A model generated the notes under the pieces. That model was not told the DNA's origin and did no database searches. It saw only the letters and a program-made list of their open reading frames with translations. A DNA stretch of 64,000 nt from Patescibacteria group bacterium (GTDB lineage: Bacteria; Patescibacteriota; Microgenomatia; JAMCZE01): assembly GCA_023380635.1 (NCBI GenBank), contig JAMCRP010000001.1, positions 173,305 through 237,304 of the forward strand, given 5' to 3'. Each line of letters opens with the position of its first letter. Positions within the stretch are counted from its first letter, which is position 1. Positions 59,015-64,000 of this stretch are shown piece by piece. A program made the translations under genes and the position numbers.

Positions 59015-59746
59015 CTAGTCAGCGAAGCGGTATTTAAAAATACACCAAAGAGCCTGCGTTCCGTCTTTAAAAGTATTAAATTTTTTTCCCTGGTCGAAGC
59101 TGCGAGGTTTGGTAGTAATTGCTACTTCCCTAATTTTAAAACCACTTTTTAACAGTTTAGCCGTAACTTCCGGTTCCATCTCAAAACCATTCGCCTTTAA
59201 ATTAATCTTTTTTATGGCTTCCCGGGGAATTAATTTATACCCGGTTTCCATATCGGTTAACCAGGTACCGTAGAGAAGACTATTGACTAAACTGAATACC
59301 CTATTGGCAAAATAATGCATCACCAGGACCGTTCGGTGTCTACCGAAAAGCACCGGAGGAGAAGTTAATCGCGAACCATAAACTACTGTCCCGGGAAATT
59401 TTTCCGCTTTAGCCAAAAGCCGCGGAATTTGCTCCGGATCGTACTCTAAATCGGCATCCTGAATAATGGCGTAATCTCCGGTGACTTTAGAAAATCCGGT
59501 TCGCACTGCCGCGCCTTTCCCCTGATTCGCCTCGTGTTCAAAATATTTAACTTCAGGGTGTTTTTTGGCGAACGCTTGGATAATTTTTCCGGAATTGTCT
59601 TTAGAAGCATCATTAACCACAATAATTTCTTTTTTCCACGGCAACTTAACCGCTACCACCTTTTGCAGAATTGATTTTAGCGTTGCTTCTTCGTTGTAGA
59701 CCGGCATCACTATCGATAATCTTGTCATATGCCTTTCCTCCACCAA
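59015..59746 (-). CDS. GT2 polyprenyl-phosphate sugar synthase (DPM1/GtrB-like)
   Basis: LSIVMPVYNEEATL...IIVVNDASKDNS...IIQDADLEYDPEQIP. Confidence 0.8.
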   Translation of the reverse strand: MVEERHMTRLSIVMPVYNEEATLKSILQKVVAVKLPWKKEIIVVNDASKDNSGKIIQAFAKKHPEVKYFEHEANQGKGAAVRTGFSKVTGDYAIIQDADLEYDPEQIPRLLAKAEKFPGTVVYGSRLTSPPVLFGRHRTVLVMHYFANRVFSLVNSLLYGTWLTDMETGYKLIPREAIKKINLKANGFEMEPEVTAKLLKSGFKIREVAITTKPRSFDQGKKFNTFKDGTQALWCIFKYRFAD

Positions 59747-61221
59747 TTCTGGACATCGTCATATACAGCCAACACCGAAAAGGGATACCAGCCATTTTGT
59801 TTGGTAAGTAAATTCCAATTTTCAGAGAGGTCCACAACACTGAATTCCTGCCCTTGAAATTCACCTTTGGCCGACTCAGTGGCATTAGCTAGTCCGCAAT
59901 TTTCGCTGGAGTAAAGGCAAATCCCTACCGGGCGGCCAAAATCGCTTTCGTCACCCGACGCTTCCAAAGCCAAGGAAAAAGAATAGCTCACATTTGAAGT
60001 GGCTAAGCCTTTGCCGTAAACCGCCAGCTTCTCACCGGGAAATTTTTTCTCCAACTGATCTCTCACAATCGCAAGCCTCTGGAAATTATTGTTATAATTC
60101 ATAGTATCTTTTGAAAAATAAAGACCAGAAACGATAAGAGAAAATGAAGCTAGAAGACCCAAGATCTTGTTAATTCGCAAAATTTGATTCAATACCCAGC
60201 CTACCAGAAGAATCAAACCGGCATGAAAATAGATCAGGTATCCGTCCAGCCGCTCGCTGCGAAGATAGCGTAGCCAGATAATTTGGATTCCGATAGCTGC
60301 AAGGAAATACAAAAATGTTAAGGAAACTTTTCTGCGGATGACGGAAACAGATATAACCACAAGGGACGACAAACCGAATAACATTCCGGCAACAAACGGT
60401 CCGCCGGCAATTTTTCCCAAAAACGTCGGCCAGAATGATCCCACATACAATAGCCAGCGGTCGCTAACCCAGAAACGATATTGTCCTACCCGAAAGTAAT
60501 AGATCAATTGTTCAAGATTGCGGAAATTTCGACTGGAATCCCACAAAAGCATGGGCCAAAGAAGAAGAACCAATCCCAACCCACTCGCAACGGCGAATTT
60601 AAACGCGGACTTAATATCTCGAATTTTGACGAAAAACATAATCGGGAAATATACCAACAGGTAAACTCCCTGATAGTGCAAGGATACAGCAGCTCCCGCA
60701 CCCAAGCCGGTCAAAAAGACAAAGCGCATTTTGCCGGATTTTAGATATGCCAGGAAACCAACCAGAGCAACGGCAGCGCAAATTTCCACTAATCCATGTT
60801 GTGTCAGATAGGATGATATGCCAATAACTGCCGGCGACACAGCCGCAATTAAAGCGGCTATTAAGCCTAACCTTTTTCCGCCCAGGATTTTTCCCGCCAA
60901 GGCTAATAGCCAAACAAAACCGAGCGAAATTACAAGCATGAACAACCATGGGGAAAGAAAAACATTAGGCAACAGAATGATTGGGAGCATCAAAAACCAA
61001 TACCAATTTGGTCCAAAAACGAATGGCCCGGCAGAGCTGAAAGAACCCACCCAAGGAAGCTGGTTAAGTTTGATCGCTCCGCGCGCCACTAGTAAATCTC
61101 TGGCGGTATCGCTGCTAAATAGGAAACGCAAATCAAAACCGCGTAACCTGATAACAAAAGCAAGAAGTAGAATTATCGCCAGTATTAACTGGTATCTATC
61201 AATTTTTAACCTTTGCCGCAT
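59725..61221 (-). CDS. GT-C-like polytopic membrane protein
   Basis: About 12 TM, with FSSDTARDL after TM1. Confidence 0.5.
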   Translation of the reverse strand: MRQRLKIDRYQLILAIILLLAFVIRLRGFDLRFLFSSDTARDLLVARGAIKLNQLPWVGSFSSAGPFVFGPNWYWFLMLPIILLPNVFLSPWLFMLVISLGFVWLLALAGKILGGKRLGLIAALIAAVSPAVIGISSYLTQHGLVEICAAVALVGFLAYLKSGKMRFVFLTGLGAGAAVSLHYQGVYLLVYFPIMFFVKIRDIKSAFKFAVASGLGLVLLLWPMLLWDSSRNFRNLEQLIYYFRVGQYRFWVSDRWLLYVGSFWPTFLGKIAGGPFVAGMLFGLSSLVVISVSVIRRKVSLTFLYFLAAIGIQIIWLRYLRSERLDGYLIYFHAGLILLVGWVLNQILRINKILGLLASFSLIVSGLYFSKDTMNYNNNFQRLAIVRDQLEKKFPGEKLAVYGKGLATSNVSYSFSLALEASGDESDFGRPVGICLYSSENCGLANATESAKGEFQGQEFSVVDLSENWNLLTKQNGWYPFSVLAVYDDVQNWWRKGI

Positions 61222-62854
61222 ATCCGCTCCTGAATAACAGTAAGATTATACAGGCAAAGGAGATCAAAGATAAACTGTCTGCCGCTCTATCAAGAGGTGT
61301 TTCTTCAAGCCGAAGCGAATAGGATCCGGGCTTCGGTCCGGATAACAGCATTAAGCCTGTGTCGTCGAATTTCAAGTCCTTCTGGGTCGTAATGACATTC
61401 CAATCTTTCCCTTTGGCCAGATTAAATCCATTATATTTAATTGTTGTTTGCGGAAAATAAAAACGATTGACGCGCAGAATTGCGGATCCGCTCGTGTTAT
61501 CTACTCGCCAATTCAAGCCCGAAGCATTTTCGCTTACTTCGGAAATACTCCCGTCGCCATAGAGAAAATCAAACCGGCTTGGCCGACCGGGCATCCGCAT
61601 GTTTACGCGCCAAACCGGAACATATTCATCACTGGTTGCTGTCGCTGTGCCTATATAACCAGAGAAAGTTTTATCCGAGTAGTTTAGTGGCTGGTTAATC
61701 CTAATGTGATTACGGTTTGCAATAAAAACTATTAGTAACAGCACGATTGCTAATAATTTCTGCCAGCGAAAATTGGCCACCAGATAAGCACCAAAAAACG
61801 CAAAAGAGATGGTTGTTATTCCGAGAAACCTCCAGGGAAAATCAACAATTGTTTTAATAATCGGAAGAATCTGCCAGATGTTACGAATAATCGGTGATTC
61901 TGTCATCAAAAAGACACTGGCGGCTAAAACCAAAAAGAAAAACAAAACCTCTTTTTCAAATTTACGCCGGATCATAATCAGTCCGCCGGTCAATATTGCT
62001 ACCATGATCTGTGTCAAGCCCAACTGAAAAGACATTTCGTCTCTAATTGTTCCCGGAAAATCAAAACCGTAACCCCAGGGACTGCGGATAAGCTGCCAGA
62101 AAGCCACGAAGTGGTCCCGAAAATATGTCATGTTCTGATCGAAATGAATAAATTGACGTTCGAAAAGATCAGGAACATAGATAAAAGCGCTGAGAGCAAA
62201 CGCTAAAGCGGTGGACAAAATAAAACGGCGAAAACTACGATGCAGTAACGCCCAACCCAGAAAGAGCGGCAGGGTCAATGCCGCTACCTCATTCTGGGAT
62301 AATAAGACGGCAGCCAACAATACCGCGGTGACTGTCCACCATTTTTTCTCGATACTCCAAAACACCAGCGGGACAAAACCATATGCCAGGTTCTCGGCCA
62401 AAGCTGCCCGGACATAAACATTGAGAAAATGGTACGGCACCCACATGTAAAAAACAGCGCCTACCAGAGCCCCCGTAGTTTTGAACTTATTTCTTAGCCA
62501 AAGAAAACAACTTAATCCGGAAAGGACGAAGCCCGCAGCCATCACCATGCGAAAGCTATTTTGATAGGAAATTGCCGCCATGTGAAGCAAGGCGCCAAGC
62601 AAATATGGAAGCGGGTAACTATAGACAAAAATCGGAGAGCCAAAATTGGAATTAAAATTAGTTGCCCATCTTGGAGGAAATTGGCCATCACTCAGATCTT
62701 GAAAATAGGCAGCAATCCTGGCAGTATGGGTAAAACCATCATGAGAGGTATAGAAAGGATTAGAGATAAGCGACCAAAGACCAATCACGCTGAAAATCGC
62801 AAGTATTATTAGAGCAAGAAGATTAGCTCTGTTTTTTTTGAAAAATCGGTGCAT
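61199..62854 (-). CDS. GT-C-like polytopic membrane protein (possibly YfhO-like)
   Basis: FYTSHDGFTHTARIAAYFQ...PPRW N-terminal loop, then many TM segments. Start set at MHRFF (62854). Confidence 0.5.
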   Translation of the reverse strand: MHRFFKKNRANLLALIILAIFSVIGLWSLISNPFYTSHDGFTHTARIAAYFQDLSDGQFPPRWATNFNSNFGSPIFVYSYPLPYLLGALLHMAAISYQNSFRMVMAAGFVLSGLSCFLWLRNKFKTTGALVGAVFYMWVPYHFLNVYVRAALAENLAYGFVPLVFWSIEKKWWTVTAVLLAAVLLSQNEVAALTLPLFLGWALLHRSFRRFILSTALAFALSAFIYVPDLFERQFIHFDQNMTYFRDHFVAFWQLIRSPWGYGFDFPGTIRDEMSFQLGLTQIMVAILTGGLIMIRRKFEKEVLFFFLVLAASVFLMTESPIIRNIWQILPIIKTIVDFPWRFLGITTISFAFFGAYLVANFRWQKLLAIVLLLIVFIANRNHIRINQPLNYSDKTFSGYIGTATATSDEYVPVWRVNMRMPGRPSRFDFLYGDGSISEVSENASGLNWRVDNTSGSAILRVNRFYFPQTTIKYNGFNLAKGKDWNVITTQKDLKFDDTGLMLLSGPKPGSYSLRLEETPLDRAADSLSLISFACIILLLFRSGYAAKVKN

Positions 62855-63572
62855 GGTAAATTCCCCACGAATTAAATATAAAGAGCGCGGCTTCCCAACA
62901 GCTTTCCCAGCCAAACTTCATTCCCCGCCAGACATTAATGGTATGTTGCTGATCGTGGTATCTGGTCGGAATCGGAATCTCTCCGATTTGCAAACCGGCG
63001 GCAATGGCTGAAAAAGTGAATTGCTGGTCAAAGGCATAATCATTGGAAAATCTTTGAAACGGAACAGTTTCCAGGGCTTTGCGGCTGTAGGCCCGCAGGC
63101 CACTCATATATTCAGAAAGGTTTTCGCCGGTAATGATGTTGGCAAAAAAGGTATACAAGCGGTTAAAAAAATATTTGTATTTGGGCATTCCACCAGTCAA
63201 TGCCATTCCCCGGTTTTTAATCCGGCTGCCAAACATTATGTCGTAATCTCCGTTAATAATCGGGTCGACCAGCCCCTTGATTTTTGAGCCATCATACTGA
63301 TAATCCGGGTGCAGCATGACGACTACATCGGGACCATCTTTTAAGGCTTCCCAATAGCAAGTCTTCTGGTTACCGCCATAGCCGAGATTATTCGGATGGC
63401 GAAAAACTGTTAATCCCAATTGTTCTGCTACCTCTGCCGTCTTGTCTTTGCTTGCGTCATCAACCAAAATAATTTTATCCACAACCCCGACAGGAATTTC
63501 TTTTATTGTTTTTTCGATTGTTTTCTCGGCAAAAAATGCCGGCAGAACGACAATAATTTTTGATTTTTTCAT
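62823..63572 (-). CDS. GT2 polyprenyl-phosphate sugar synthase (DPM1/GtrB-like)
   Basis: IIVVLPAFFAEKTIEKTI...IILVDDASKDKT...DYDIMFGSR. Confidence 0.75.
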   Translation of the reverse strand: MKKSKIIVVLPAFFAEKTIEKTIKEIPVGVVDKIILVDDASKDKTAEVAEQLGLTVFRHPNNLGYGGNQKTCYWEALKDGPDVVVMLHPDYQYDGSKIKGLVDPIINGDYDIMFGSRIKNRGMALTGGMPKYKYFFNRLYTFFANIITGENLSEYMSGLRAYSRKALETVPFQRFSNDYAFDQQFTFSAIAAGLQIGEIPIPTRYHDQQHTINVWRGMKFGWESCWEAALFIFNSWGIYHAPIFQKKQS

Positions 63573-64000
63573 GGTTCGATTTTATATAATTTCAGGGAGT
63601 CTTTTCCATAGCCATCAAAGTACTGGGCTATCAGGCGTACCTTCCATCCGGCCGGAGCCGCGGGCCGCTGATAAACAATAAAGTAATCCAGGCCAGCGGG
63701 TAAAATTTCCGGTGCCGGCCAATACGGTTTAATCGTTAAATTCGGATGGTCCTTTTGATAAAGTTCCAAAGCATAGGGCATTAGACCAAAGGTTCCTTCC
63801 ACTCCGACAGTAGTGTTCTTACCCGCAAAAAAGCTATTTATTTCGCGAAGCCCCCAGCCGGCTGACCAACTGTTAAGATATTGTGCCGAATCGGTATCGG
63901 CAATTGGCGCCTGGACCGGATCGGTTAAAAGTTTATAGTTGGTATATATGGGTAATATCAAGGCAAGGATTAAAACCACTGGGGCCAGTTTTTTAAATTC
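63569..64000 (-). CDS. hypothetical protein with N-terminal hydrophobic anchor; 5' end probably beyond the window
   Basis: The frame stays open to the window edge (EFKKLAPVVLILALILPIY...). Pro/Trp/Tyr-rich and possibly exported. No domain recognised. Confidence 0.4.
   Translation of the reverse strand, partial: EFKKLAPVVLILALILPIYTNYKLLTDPVQAPIADTDSAQYLNSWSAGWGLREINSFFAGKNTTVGVEGTFGLMPYALELYQKDHPNLTIKPYWPAPEILPAGLDYFIVYQRPAAPAGWKVRLIAQYFDGYGKDSLKLYKIEP

Noticed and set aside
1-64000. CRISPR arrays, rRNA, transposases and integrases
   Set aside because: No regularly spaced direct repeats, no rRNA-like conserved stretches and no transposase or integrase-like ORFs were seen. Almost every base is covered by protein-coding sequence.

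Overview
The window is a gene-dense, almost entirely minus-strand segment from a small-genome bacterium, about 50% GC overall. Tight gene packing, frequent ATGA stop/start overlaps, an alpha2-type GlyRS and many PMT/ArnT-like GT-C proteins suggest a Patescibacteria/CPR-like organism; that lineage call is inference only. Positions 1-9101 hold a reduced division/cell-wall (dcw) block: murB (5' partial), murC, murD, murI, a Nudix hydrolase, an N-terminally truncated murE, ftsI, ftsL, rsmH and mraZ. A small secreted protein, glyQS, recO and a large membrane-anchored protein follow. From about 13.5 kb to the window end (over 50 kb) is one near-continuous glycan-assembly megalocus. It contains a small PglC-type initiating phosphoglycosyl transferase, at least 14 GT4 genes, 7 GT2/GT-A genes (3 of them DPM1-like polyprenyl-phosphate sugar synthases) and about 11 polytopic GT-C-like membrane proteins. 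Among the GT-C-like proteins are a 1033-aa O-antigen-ligase (Wzy_C/WaaL-like)::GT-C fusion and a PIG-V-like protein. The locus also has two Wzx-type flippases, four methyltransferases (three class I SAM, one FkbM), a hexapeptide acetyltransferase, two SDR epimerase/dehydratases and a FnlA/FnlB/FnlC-like three-gene set for a UDP-2-acetamido-2,6-dideoxy-L-hexose. No Wzz/Wzc, Wza or ABC exporter, rRNA, tRNA, CRISPR array or transposase/integrase is visible. A 7-nt x 4 tandem repeat lies inside one GT4 gene and is a candidate phase-variation switch. The block 39.0-47.4 kb is markedly lower in GC (about 35-40%), which suggests a horizontally acquired cassette. Other oddities are an apparently non-canonical murI start, a 9-nt periodic CTTAAG repeat insert in murC, an ATGA-coupled small ORF after murC, and A8-A9 homopolymers at the 5' ends of glycosylation genes.
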